A stretch of DNA of 64,000 nt from assembly GCA_965197475.1 (NCBI GenBank), contig CBDANF010000003.1, positions 3,264,001-3,328,000 of the forward strand. The letters are read 5' to 3'. Numbering within the stretch: the stretch's first letter is position 1; every line of letters starts with the position of its first letter. The translations under genes were made by a program, and so were the position numbers. The notes under the pieces are model-generated. The model had not been told where the DNA came from and made no database searches. It saw only the letters and a list, made by a program, of their open reading frames with translations. Positions 43,386 to 52,608 of the stretch are shown here, piece by piece. This stretch comes from Candidatus Poribacteria bacterium (GTDB lineage Bacteria > Poribacteria > WGA-4E > WGA-3G).

Positions 43386-45917
43386 TTACTTCAAAATAAC
43401 CATTTTGCGCAGGAGCGACATATTGTCTGCTTGTAGTTGATAGAAATAGAGACCACTCGCAACGCGCTCGCCGATTGCATTGCGTCCATCCCAATGTGCG
43501 GTGCGGCTTCGGTGGGTGTAATAGCCTTCCCGCTGATGCCCTAAATCCAATCGGCGGACAACGGTACCGCGCATATCATAAATCGTAATCTGCACATCAC
43601 TCGCTTTTGCAAGATAATAAGGTATCCACGTCTCTGGGTTGAACGGGTTCGGATAGTTCGGTAAAAGTGCTGTCTCTTTCGGGTTTGTCAGTGCGGCGAG
43701 GAGTTGTTGTAAAAAGAGAATACCTTGTAACGACTTCGCATCTGTCAGATCCAACTGCTGTGCTTCAGATAGCCACTTTTTGACATCTGCAGCCGTGAGC
43801 ATAGAGAAGTCTTTGGCATAAAGTGACGGTGCAGTGGCACTGCTGCCCAATGCGCCAGCAACGAGGACGAGGTCCTGAATGTTAACAACACCATCACCGT
43901 TGACATCAGCACTATTTGCGCCTGATTGCCCTAAACGCCCGGCAACTAACACTAAATCTTGGATGTTAACAGTCCTATCATCGTTTACGTCCTCTGCAAG
44001 TTTGCGTGGCGGTGGTAGTTCCCCTCCAAAAATTAATCCAAAAAACTCATTATAGTTATGTTTAGAAGTATCTACCCATAGAGGCAAATAGCCTAAACGC
44101 CTTTCTAATTGTGCTTCATAAAGTGAATTTGGATGGACATTACTTCCAGAAAATTCTGAATATGTATTACTAAGACCAGATGCACCAACATACCCTATCA
44201 GATTAGATTGTGTAATAAAATAATATTCAGGATTCGTTGTCCACATATCAAGTAATCTACTTTCTTCTGAAACATTATTCCATCTTGTCCAACCATCTAA
44301 ATGATGAGGTAATCTTCTATATTGTCCACTACTACTTTCATGTGTTTGGCTATGATAATTATCAAGTAATGTATTACGTGGTTGGTTTCCATGTGTATCA
44401 GGTCCATCTATCACAGGGCCTCCAATTCCCCAAGCAACATTTCCAGATGATTTTCCACTTATATTAATGCCATGTATAGCACCAAAATCAGTATGATCTT
44501 CTAATAATCCGATTAGGCAATATGTTGCACTAGCTGCAGCAGCAGTATAATGACCGCGCCTACCATCTTGTATTACAGAAAGCACTGAACATCCATATCC
44601 GCTAATCCAAACTCCAATAGTACTATTAGAGAACCTACATCGCTGAACCCATGAATGTGCGACATGTCTCAATGCTATCCAACCACGACCCGGTTGCACA
44701 TTATGTTTATACGGTTCTTGAAGATTCCCATCGAAATGTATATCTTCAAAACCAATATTTGTTTGTAAATTTTTCCAATATACTGAATAATTAGAATTAA
44801 GCGGTGTTGTAGTAGGTGCTTTAATATAAACCCTATTACCTTCTATCCTATCTATTTCATGGAATTCTTTAATATGTATTCCTCTGCTACGAATCTCTGT
44901 AAACCTATTGCTCATCTCATTTATTGAACGTGAAGAATGTTCTGCCCAATCATCATCAAACAATCCACTCGTTGTAATAATAATAAGAAACTGCTTGTCC
45001 AAAAGCCGAGATGAATCTGCTACATCAAAGGACTTTGTGCCTCTTGGGAATTCACCTACAATTGGCGTTGCATGATCACTACCATTATGCTGCCATATAC
45101 CTTCAAATAAACAATGAAGATGACCCTCTAAATTTTCGTGCATTTTAATAGTAGTTCCATTCCTAATCGCCCCTTGAGCGCCACTACCCCTGAGAACAAT
45201 ATTTCCAGAACCACCACGCCTTCCTACATCAATCTTTTCAAGGGGTTCACCCGGAAGAAGAACATCATATTGCCCAGGAGGAAAGAATACAATCCCTCCG
45301 TCTTCAGCAGCACTAAGAGTATCTTTAATTGCTTGAGTATCTGACAAATTATCATTTGGAATAGCACCGTAAGAAGTCACATCATAGATTGTACCCGTAA
45401 CATCAGGAATTGGTTCTTCACCATTCTTATATCCTGCATAAGAATAATCTATAAGATTAGGCACATCGCCAGGGACATCTTCTCCAATAAATTTCCGCCA
45501 GATATTTGGAGTTGATCCTGATGTTCGATCAAATATATCAGTAATAGGACGAATACCAGTCGCCCTCATTATTTTACCGTAATTTTTACCATCAACAGTT
45601 ACTTTTACTTCAACTGTATTTTCTCCTGCTTCAGGCCCAAGAATAAATGTTGATTTAATTCTGCCTGTGTTATCTGTTTTATCATTTGTAATAATAAGAT
45701 ATCCACTACCAGAAAGTACTGTAAATTCTACTGGATGATTTGGTATACGGACTCCATCTTTTTCCACTTCAACATGCAAAGGGTTCGGCAGCGGATATCC
45801 AGCTGCACCTATTTGATTATCGCTTGATATACTATCTATAGTAACTTGTGCTTGTGTTGTTGATAAAATTAAAAAACAGGTAAACATTATGGTTGAAAGT
45901 AAAACTAACCTTTTCAT
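43386..45917 (-). CDS. Secreted beta-helix glycan-active protein, paralogue 2
   Basis: Near-identical to 39686-42211 up to the dockerin, with a different C-terminal tail; ATG at 45917 with AAGGAG. Confidence 0.75.
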   Translation of the reverse strand: MKRLVLLSTIMFTCFLILSTTQAQVTIDSISSDNQIGAAGYPLPNPLHVEVEKDGVRIPNHPVEFTVLSGSGYLIITNDKTDNTGRIKSTFILGPEAGENTVEVKVTVDGKNYGKIMRATGIRPITDIFDRTSGSTPNIWRKFIGEDVPGDVPNLIDYSYAGYKNGEEPIPDVTGTIYDVTSYGAIPNDNLSDTQAIKDTLSAAEDGGIVFFPPGQYDVLLPGEPLEKIDVGRRGGSGNIVLRGSGAQGAIRNGTTIKMHENLEGHLHCLFEGIWQHNGSDHATPIVGEFPRGTKSFDVADSSRLLDKQFLIIITTSGLFDDDWAEHSSRSINEMSNRFTEIRSRGIHIKEFHEIDRIEGNRVYIKAPTTTPLNSNYSVYWKNLQTNIGFEDIHFDGNLQEPYKHNVQPGRGWIALRHVAHSWVQRCRFSNSTIGVWISGYGCSVLSVIQDGRRGHYTAAAASATYCLIGLLEDHTDFGAIHGINISGKSSGNVAWGIGGPVIDGPDTHGNQPRNTLLDNYHSQTHESSSGQYRRLPHHLDGWTRWNNVSEESRLLDMWTTNPEYYFITQSNLIGYVGASGLSNTYSEFSGSNVHPNSLYEAQLERRLGYLPLWVDTSKHNYNEFFGLIFGGELPPPRKLAEDVNDDRTVNIQDLVLVAGRLGQSGANSADVNGDGVVNIQDLVLVAGALGSSATAPSLYAKDFSMLTAADVKKWLSEAQQLDLTDAKSLQGILFLQQLLAALTNPKETALLPNYPNPFNPETWIPYYLAKASDVQITIYDMRGTVVRRLDLGHQREGYYTHRSRTAHWDGRNAIGERVASGLYFYQLQADNMSLLRKMVILK

Positions 45918-46141
45918 TGTTTTCTCCTTAAATACATAGCATTTTAAAACTTTAATAGTTGATGTTATCACTACATTTATGTTAGCGTGATTAAAAGAAG
46001 ACAAGACGAATTAACTGCCGTTTCATAATTACTTACCCCTTTGCTGTGAAGCACAAACACGGTCAAAAAAAATTGATAATTCCATGTTAAATCTAATTTT
46101 AAGTATAGTATATTATATCATATTTATGATTTAATATGGAA

Positions 46142-46170
46142 ATTATAATTCATTATAATCAATTTGTCAA
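46142..46170 (-). promoter_or_regulatory. Perfect consensus sigma70 promoter heading the secreted-protein array
   Basis: Minus strand TTGACA-17 nt-TATAAT. Confidence 0.75.
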
Positions 46171-46199
46171 TAAATTCGTAAACCTGTAGAGCAATAATC

Positions 46200-46228
46200 T
46201 TGACCAAAAAAGGATTTCATGCTATTAT
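46200..46228 (+). promoter_or_regulatory. Sigma70-type promoter, divergent, toward the primase-helicase-like gene
   Basis: TTGACC-17 nt-TATTAT with extended -10 TG. Confidence 0.6.
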
Positions 46229-46231
46229 GTA

Positions 46232-46355
46232 CAAGACTTACGCATTTCCTCTTAAAGTCCCCCTGATAAGGGGAATTGAGGGGTTAAAAACACTGAAATA
46301 ACGACTTTTTAAGTCCAATATGTGCCTTTCTGCTCAATTTGCGTAAGTCGTCCTG
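46232..46355. mobile_element. MITE family B (CAGGACTTACGCA ends), degenerate copy
   Basis: CAAGACTTACGCA...TGCGTAAGTC(GTC)CTG flanked by ATGTA/ATGTG; left half homologous to 51660-51835. Confidence 0.75.
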
Positions 46356-46411
46356 ATGTGCCACCAATTCTCTAATGCGTGCCTGCTATATCACACTTCT
46401 TTTTAGAAACC

Positions 46412-49400
46412 ATGCAATCATTGAAAAATATTATTGAACGCTGCCATCAACGGCACAAGAAACCGCTTCGGCAACGAAAAACAATCATAACACCTGCGCC
46501 TTACAAAGGACTTCCTTATCATTTCACAGTCTATTGCGCATACAGATATCCTGTCAGGTTGTATGACTTGGAACAGGCAGCCATCTCTTTTATGCCAATA
46601 GGACGCGCCCCTAACAATGACCACGGTCCAAACCCTGTTGGCGGTGAAAGGTTCTTGAAACGCCAAACCGTAGATAATTGGGGAATAAGACGATGGAAAA
46701 CATCATGGGGAATTCAGGTGTATACAGGTATCCCCTCCGAACGCGATGAGGCACAATGGCACGACCTCAATTTTACATATCAGGCACTATGTGCTGCACC
46801 GGACGCTGTTTTGAACTGTATCGAGACACTTGTCAATGCTGTTGTAAACCCGTTGTTGACAATGTCAAAGTCTGGCGGATTGCGTTTTTCTTGTAGAGTC
46901 CCGGATTATCTGCATCCAAATACCCATGAGGCGAAGCAGTATATCTATAAGCACACACCGAGCACGGAAAATCCACATCAACGAGACGTGTATCTCGAAA
47001 TCTTCGGGAAAGAGAGTTACAACCGCTGGGATGCACGCTACGAAATACTGCTTGGAAATCTGTTAGACCCACCCGTGATTTCCGAAGAGGTACTTTTTAC
47101 CGTTATTGATAAACTTCGTGCTGAGATTCATGACCCTACACCACTTGGGCAGCAAACCCTGAAACCGGATCCCCAAGCCAGCACCGTTGTGCCGCCATCC
47201 CTCGGTTCAAATCTGCTTGATCTCGCAAAAGATGCGTTTTTGGAACACGGCTATTCTTATGTTAAACAGGAGGACAATTTTCACCAGTGGACCCGTCAGG
47301 GCAGCGAGGGTAGAGACATCTCTGTGTTATTATGGGAGGACCGCGGCACCGTGTGGGTCCGCGCGGCTACACCGAATACTGAATTCCCCATGAATGCCAC
47401 GTCTATCACAGATATCTGGGATGATACCGGCATTATACCACCGGTACCTGCTACCGGCCTGCCTGTATCCGATAAGGTGCTTGCTGTCCGGGCGGGAAAA
47501 CTGAGTCCATTGGCAATAAAACGCCTACCTCCTGTGCTGCGGAAGCCGGAACAGACGCAAAAGAATTACAACACACACGAACAGAATAAAGTTCAGATCC
47601 AACAAGTTTTTGACAGGACGGAACGCATTATTGGGCTCATTGCCGAAACAGGGGCAGGTAAAACTTATGCAGCCGGCTCCTATGTTCTCAACGGTGGGGC
47701 TATCAGTTTGAACGCGGGTTTTTGGACAGTAGAAGAGATAGCAAAACAATTTCAAAAGCGCAATGTGCAATCGGTCGCACGTTGGCGGTCGCGGAGATTC
47801 CGATGGGATCATGTGAAAGATATACCTGTTGACGTGCGGATGGCAACCCCCTTCCAACACGGAAATATGTGTGAGGATTATGAACGGTGCAGCACACTTG
47901 AGGCAAGGGGAGGCAACCCGAATGAAAGTATTTGCCCGCAATGCCCTATTCAGACAGAATGCCAGGATCGCGGCTATCTATCACAACCCGCCGCATTAAA
48001 ACGCGCCACAGCACAAATATCGGGAACACTTTATCAGTTTTACGATCCGCAATACTCGAAAATCGTAGCAGAGCTCCTTGAAAAAGTTGATGGGACAGAA
48101 CGGCTTTGTATCATTGATCAAATCCCACCGCAAGGTCTGTTTTTTGAATGTTATATGCCAAAAAGGATATTAGAAGAATGGAGTGTCAACTGGCAAAGGG
48201 AGATTTTGGGAAAGTTTGCCAAAGCGTTGTTGAACGCATTAGAAATCAAAACCGATCCGAATGATAATGCTGTTAGACGGATTCGCACTGCGGTGGAAGC
48301 GTTTCAACAATACGAAGCGGAACTCATCAGACAGATGTGTCAAGTGCCTGTGAAAGGGAAAGTCATCAATCGCGGATATGTTGATGCTGAAACCGGAAAG
48401 GAATTGGCGCAGTTCACCATCGAGTTTGAAGGCGGTGCTTCTGCTTACATTCCATTAGACAAAAACGCTAAAGGGACACTCACTGCAAAGGGGTTGCCAC
48501 TTTTTATCCCTAACTCTTTCGTGCTGAACGAAGACATGAAAATCCCTATGCAGATGGCAGAAGCTATTCAATTGGGCATCTTGAACACGGAGACCGTCCA
48601 GAGCATTCAGAAATTTCCCACTGTTTGTCGGTATCCGAACTGGACGTTCTGGCATCAGCTGAAACATTTCTTGGCATATTACACACAGGATGCGGATGCA
48701 CCGATGATATTGCATCACAACGTCTTGCATTTATGGATGCCGCCAGTGCTGCATTCAAGCGTCAAACGCTTGCTGTTAATGTCATCAACCTTTTCTGAGC
48801 GAGATTTACGGAAAGCGTTCCCGAATGAAGAGATCAAAGTCATTCGTGTTAAACCGGCAGCCTGGGTCAAGGGAAATCAGGTTTTTCAGATACGTACAGG
48901 CACCTATCCACGGGAAACAGTGTTAGAACATAACAAAAGTTGGAACGTTCTTGGCGTATCTAAAATGGGACAACGTTTTTTTCAAGGTATCCGATCAGAA
49001 ATTGCACGCGACCCAACCGTTAAGCATGCGATTGTTACCGACAGGTCAATTATCAAGCAATTGCCAGATGTCGCAGAAAGTGACAACGTCTGTTTCATCA
49101 CGGATTTCAAAGTATTAGAAGGGTTAGAGACCGCTTTTCAAGAAGCACAAGTCTTATGGATAGTCGACACACCGTATTGGGCACATGGTATCATTTGGCG
49201 AAGAGCACAGATTTTATATGGAAACAACGAAACACCGCTCTGCTATGAAATTGAAATGGAATCTCACCGGTATAAAGACCAACGTGTCCAGAACGTTTAT
49301 GAAACACTCGTTGGCGGTTTACTCAGTAAGATTATAGGACGGGCAGGCTTGACCTATTTGCCAAATAAGAAGGTTGTGCTGATCGCAAGTTTCCCATTGC

Positions 49401-49807
49401 CAGATATTACCGATAGACCTGAGACGCTTCTGTTTGACTGGGAAGATTTTGAGGTTGCAGGTGGGCTACACAAGTTGCCGGAGGTAATAACGACACGCGA
49501 GCGTTTTGAGGCTGAAAGTGCTGCAATAACTGCTGAAACCAGTAGAACAGAGGTGGAACGTATCTTGGGATGCTCTACAGCGCATGCAAACCGTTTGTTG
49601 AATAAACTGCGAGGAGGCAACATACCACGTGTCTCTTTCCGAGAGCAGATACTCTCTCTACTTGCGAATGGCGAGAAAAAAGCATCGGAACTCGCGGCAG
49701 CTATTGATGGAAATCCGAAATCAATAGATAATGAACTTAGGCGACTTGTAGATACGGGTGAGATTGTTAAGGTTCGGTGGGGTGTTTATGCGTTGCCGGA
49801 TGGGTAG
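46412..49807 (+). CDS. Large primase-helicase-like protein with Cys cluster and C-terminal winged helix
   Basis: GIQVYTG..WHDLNF..SKSGGLR (Prim-Pol-like, degenerate), Walker A AETGAGKT, C-x5-C...CPQCP...C, CIIDQ, terminal wHTH KASELAAAIDG...LRRLVDTGEIVKVRWGVY. Start 46412 (ATG) or 46379 (GTG). Confidence 0.55.
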   Translation: MQSLKNIIERCHQRHKKPLRQRKTIITPAPYKGLPYHFTVYCAYRYPVRLYDLEQAAISFMPIGRAPNNDHGPNPVGGERFLKRQTVDNWGIRRWKTSWGIQVYTGIPSERDEAQWHDLNFTYQALCAAPDAVLNCIETLVNAVVNPLLTMSKSGGLRFSCRVPDYLHPNTHEAKQYIYKHTPSTENPHQRDVYLEIFGKESYNRWDARYEILLGNLLDPPVISEEVLFTVIDKLRAEIHDPTPLGQQTLKPDPQASTVVPPSLGSNLLDLAKDAFLEHGYSYVKQEDNFHQWTRQGSEGRDISVLLWEDRGTVWVRAATPNTEFPMNATSITDIWDDTGIIPPVPATGLPVSDKVLAVRAGKLSPLAIKRLPPVLRKPEQTQKNYNTHEQNKVQIQQVFDRTERIIGLIAETGAGKTYAAGSYVLNGGAISLNAGFWTVEEIAKQFQKRNVQSVARWRSRRFRWDHVKDIPVDVRMATPFQHGNMCEDYERCSTLEARGGNPNESICPQCPIQTECQDRGYLSQPAALKRATAQISGTLYQFYDPQYSKIVAELLEKVDGTERLCIIDQIPPQGLFFECYMPKRILEEWSVNWQREILGKFAKALLNALEIKTDPNDNAVRRIRTAVEAFQQYEAELIRQMCQVPVKGKVINRGYVDAETGKELAQFTIEFEGGASAYIPLDKNAKGTLTAKGLPLFIPNSFVLNEDMKIPMQMAEAIQLGILNTETVQSIQKFPTVCRYPNWTFWHQLKHFLAYYTQDADAPMILHHNVLHLWMPPVLHSSVKRLLLMSSTFSERDLRKAFPNEEIKVIRVKPAAWVKGNQVFQIRTGTYPRETVLEHNKSWNVLGVSKMGQRFFQGIRSEIARDPTVKHAIVTDRSIIKQLPDVAESDNVCFITDFKVLEGLETAFQEAQVLWIVDTPYWAHGIIWRRAQILYGNNETPLCYEIEMESHRYKDQRVQNVYETLVGGLLSKIIGRAGLTYLPNKKVVLIASFPLPDITDRPETLLFDWEDFEVAGGLHKLPEVITTRERFEAESAAITAETSRTEVERILGCSTAHANRLLNKLRGGNIPRVSFREQILSLLANGEKKASELAAAIDGNPKSIDNELRRLVDTGEIVKVRWGVYALPDG

Positions 49808-49862
49808 TTTTGTGGATAAACCTAGTCACAGTCAAGTCAGAGGTCATTTGCTTTCCGTAATT

Positions 49863-49997
49863 TCAATTTTTACTGCCGGCGACTTCAAGATCGGTTTCAT
49901 CAAATAGGTAGGTCTCAGTCCTGTCCGTTATACTGGGCAGGTAATGTGCAGAAAGTATCACAACAGTGTAAGGCAAACGATTCAGCCGAGTGCGTCT
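49863..49997 (-). pseudogene. Remnant of a convergent paralogue of the 46412 gene
   Basis: Translates RRTRLNRLPYTVVILSAHYLPSITDRTETYLFDETDLEVAGSKN*, aligning to GRAGLTYLPNKKVVLIASFPLPDITDRPETLLFDWEDFEVAG. Confidence 0.8.
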
Positions 49998-50325
49998 AAT
50001 ACCAAATTAACTTGATCCCACTCGGTAGGTGCGGTTTGATGAAGATTAATTTATTAATTCGGTAATTTCTTGGTGAAGCCCGGTGCGGTTAGGAAACCGC
50101 ACCTACCAGGCCTGGGGCAATATAGAATTACCGAAATATTTTCTTAAACTTCATTAACCGCACCGGATTCTATAAGGAAACTGAAAATTACCCGATTAAA
50201 TTCTTAATCTTCATCTAACCGCACCTACCGGTCCTGTGGAAATCGGGATTACCGACTTAAATTCTTAATCTTCATCTAACCGCACCTAGTCCCAAGAAAA
50301 ATGAGATAAATCGCGTTAATTTGGT
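49997..50325. mobile_element. Nested MITE/REP composite
   Basis: Outer ends TAATACCAAATTAAC / GTTAATTTGGT; inside, GTAGGTGCGGTT...AACCGCACC REP halves split by ATGAAG...AATTCGGTAATT / AATTACCG...CTTCAT arms, with the right arm present three times. Confidence 0.7.
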
Positions 50326-50327
50326 CC

Positions 50328-50420
50328 AATACCCAATTAACCCGATTTGTCCCGCGAGGTCCCCGTGCCTCGCAATGCTTGACTTTATCTGAAGACGTCG
50401 AATCAAGTTAATTTGGTATA
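50328..50420. mobile_element. MITE family C (about 93 bp), copy 1
   Basis: ATACCCAATTAAC...GCGAGGTCCCCGTGCCTCGC...GTTAATTTGGTAT. Confidence 0.8.
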
Positions 50421-50530
50421 ATGTAATTTCTGTTTATACTTGATTTTTTCGATCATTTTTGTTTTAATGCAAACGATATGGTTTTACATTTATGAAGGTT
50501 TCTTGTCTGCAGTGTTCTTTTTCGTAGTCT

Positions 50531-50624
50531 TATACCGAATTAACGGGATTTGTAGCGCGAGGTCCCCGTGCCTCGCAATGCTAACCGCTATCAGAAAACT
50601 TCGAATCAAGTTAATTTGGTATTA
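50531..50624. mobile_element. MITE family C, copy 2
   Basis: Same ends and central hairpin as 50328-50420. Confidence 0.8.
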
Positions 50625-50721
50625 TAGGTTGGACTGAACCTCACGAAACCCAACAAACCGACAATCAATCAACCGTACAATGACGTTAACCCCGCATATT
50701 ACGCATAAAGAGGATAACATA

Positions 50722-51039
50722 ATGATTAACGAACACGCCTATACCATTGAACCAATCAAGATTTCACCAATGAATATTAATGTAAAAGATGAAGAAGGCA
50801 TTAAGCAAACGATATTGAAACTCGCGCGTGGTCCCAAAAAAGGCGAAACTGAGATAGAGGTATTCAAAGTATTCGCCTCAAAGTTGGAACATGCGTTTGG
50901 AGCACAAATGTCTATGTTTAATTATCCATCAGAGGACTTCAATTATTGGAGGCTAATTCTTCCGAAAGATGGTAATTTTGATGCCACGCCTTCAAAGATA
51001 TCCGTGTCGTTTCATATCAAACGCGTTGAAAGTCGGTAA
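50722..51039 (+). CDS. Hypothetical protein, about 105 aa
   Basis: ATG with GAGGA RBS; lies 22 bp upstream of the next gene. Confidence 0.6.
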   Translation: MINEHAYTIEPIKISPMNINVKDEEGIKQTILKLARGPKKGETEIEVFKVFASKLEHAFGAQMSMFNYPSEDFNYWRLILPKDGNFDATPSKISVSFHIKRVESR

Positions 51040-51061
51040 TTAATCCGATCAAGGAACTATT

Positions 51062-52037
51062 ATGTATAGCGTTCTACCCGGAATTAGTCTGCCTGAAGAT
51101 ACAGCCTTTCTATGGAAATATATGAGTCTTGAGAAATTTGTTAGTCTTTTAGGGACAAAAAGTTTATTCTTTACAAGAGCCGATAAGTTGGACGATCCTT
51201 TTGAAGGCTTTACGCCTCCGTCAGTAAAGTCGTTTTACCATGACACAGTCGCTGATATTAATACCTTAGAGAAGTTCCAAGAAAATTGGCCTAAGTATAC
51301 TTTGTGTAGCTGCTGGCATCATGCAGAGGAAGAATCCATGGCGATGTGGGAAAAATATCACATGCATAATAGTGGTATTGCCATCAAAACGACCTTCGGT
51401 GATTTTAAAGACTGCTTGAGCGAAGGTTATGAGGTATTTCTCGGCAAAATAGAATATATTAATCACTATGAATACCCGGTCCCACAAAATTTATCAGAAA
51501 TGAGTATGTTATATACTTGGTATTTCCACAAGAGAAAAACGTTTGAATACGAACAAGAATTCCGCGCTATTATAGCAAACCCTCAAACATTTTTTATGAA
51601 ATATATTGATAAGGATGGTAACTTTATCAGTTCAGAAACTATGCCAGAAATCATTTTAACAGGACTTACGCATTTTCTCTTAAAGTCCCCTTGATAAGGG
51701 GGACTTAGGGGGTTAAAAACACGGAAATAACGATTTTGAACTGCGGGATGGGCGCATAAGTGGTAGCATCCTTGATGGCATCTGCTTATTTAACCCCCCT
51801 AACCCCCCTTATCAAGGGGGAATGCGTAAGTCCTGTTTAAATAAAGAATTCCGAGATACTTGTAAAACTGGCATGTCTTTTAATGTTGATGTCAGGACAT
51901 TGATTGGTGAAGTCATCACATCACCATATAGTGACGACTGGGTTACAGAGACGGTCAGATCGGTTGTTAAACAATACGGATTTGATTTTGAGGTTAACGC
52001 CTCAACTTTATTAGATGAACCAATTGAAACAGTTTAG
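51062..52037 (+). pseudogene. DUF2971-like gene interrupted by a MITE
   Basis: LWKYMSLEKF..LFFTRADKLDDPFEG, SCWH..EESMAMWEKY, GIAIKT, KRKTFEYEQEFR; removing 51660-51835 plus one TTTAA rejoins the frame (MPEIILNKEFRDTC...EVITSP). Confidence 0.85.
51660..51835. mobile_element. MITE family B, intact 176-bp copy with 5-bp target duplication
   Basis: TIR CAGGACTTACGCATT/AATGCGTAAGTCCTG, TTTAA on both sides, internal CCCCTTGATAAGGGGG palindromes. Confidence 0.93.
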
Positions 52038-52041
52038 TTTG

Positions 52042-52135
52042 TAATACCCAATTAACGGGATTTGTAGCGCGAGGTCCCCGTGTCTCACAATCCTGACTTT
52101 ATCGGAAAACTTCTAATCAAGTTAATTTGGTATTA
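52042..52135. mobile_element. MITE family C, copy 3
   Basis: TAATACCCAATTAAC...GTTAATTTGGTATTA. Confidence 0.8.
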
Positions 52136-52156
52136 GTCATTCGGGAGATATTATTC

Positions 52157-52293
52157 TAACGTGAGTTTGGTAAAAACGAGACTTCGTGCTTCTCGTAGGG
52201 GCGAGCTCCCCTCGACCGTAGGGGTTAGGCAACCTAACCCCTACGAAAATGTCCGCATATTTTTAGAATTTGCCATATATCAAACTCACGTTA
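52157..52293. mobile_element. MITE family D with central GTAG REP
   Basis: TAACGTGAGTTTGGTA / TATCAAACTCACGTTA ends; central CGTAGGGGTTAGG-CAA-CCTAACCCCTACG; TTATTCTA repeated at both ends. Confidence 0.75.
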
Positions 52294-52466
52294 TTCTATA
52301 TCAAATCAACGCCCAATGCGCGTTTAGCATGAGTCGCCTCTCCCAAGGCGAGACCTTGAGGTTAGAAGTTTCTCACCAGTCTTTTCCCATTTACGTAATG
52401 TGGCAGGCGTTGAACCAATGAGTTCTGCAGCCTCACCAATCTTTACTAATCTGTTTTCCATCGTTT

Positions 52467-52608
52467 GTAGGTGCGGTTAGATGAAGATAAAAAATAATTC
52501 GGTAATTTTCTTGCAATGCTCGGTGCGGTTAGGAAACCGCACCTACCGGTAATGGAGAAAATTAGAATTACCGAATTAATAAATTAATCTTCATGAAACC
52601 GCATCTAC
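52467..52608. repeat. Nested GTAG-REP element
   Basis: GTAGGTGCGGTT-[ATGAAG...AATTCGGTAATT...inner GGTGCGGTTAGGAAACCGCACC...AATTACCGAATT...CTTCAT]-AACCGCATCTAC. Confidence 0.78.

Noticed and set aside
50023-50288. CRISPR-like repeated units (TTCTTAATCTTCATCTAACCGCACC)
   Set aside because: The repeats are degenerate right arms of a nested MITE/REP element, with inverted partners.
46379-52600. Prophage or integrated plasmid
   Set aside because: No integrase, structural, partition or conjugation genes and no att-like repeats seen.
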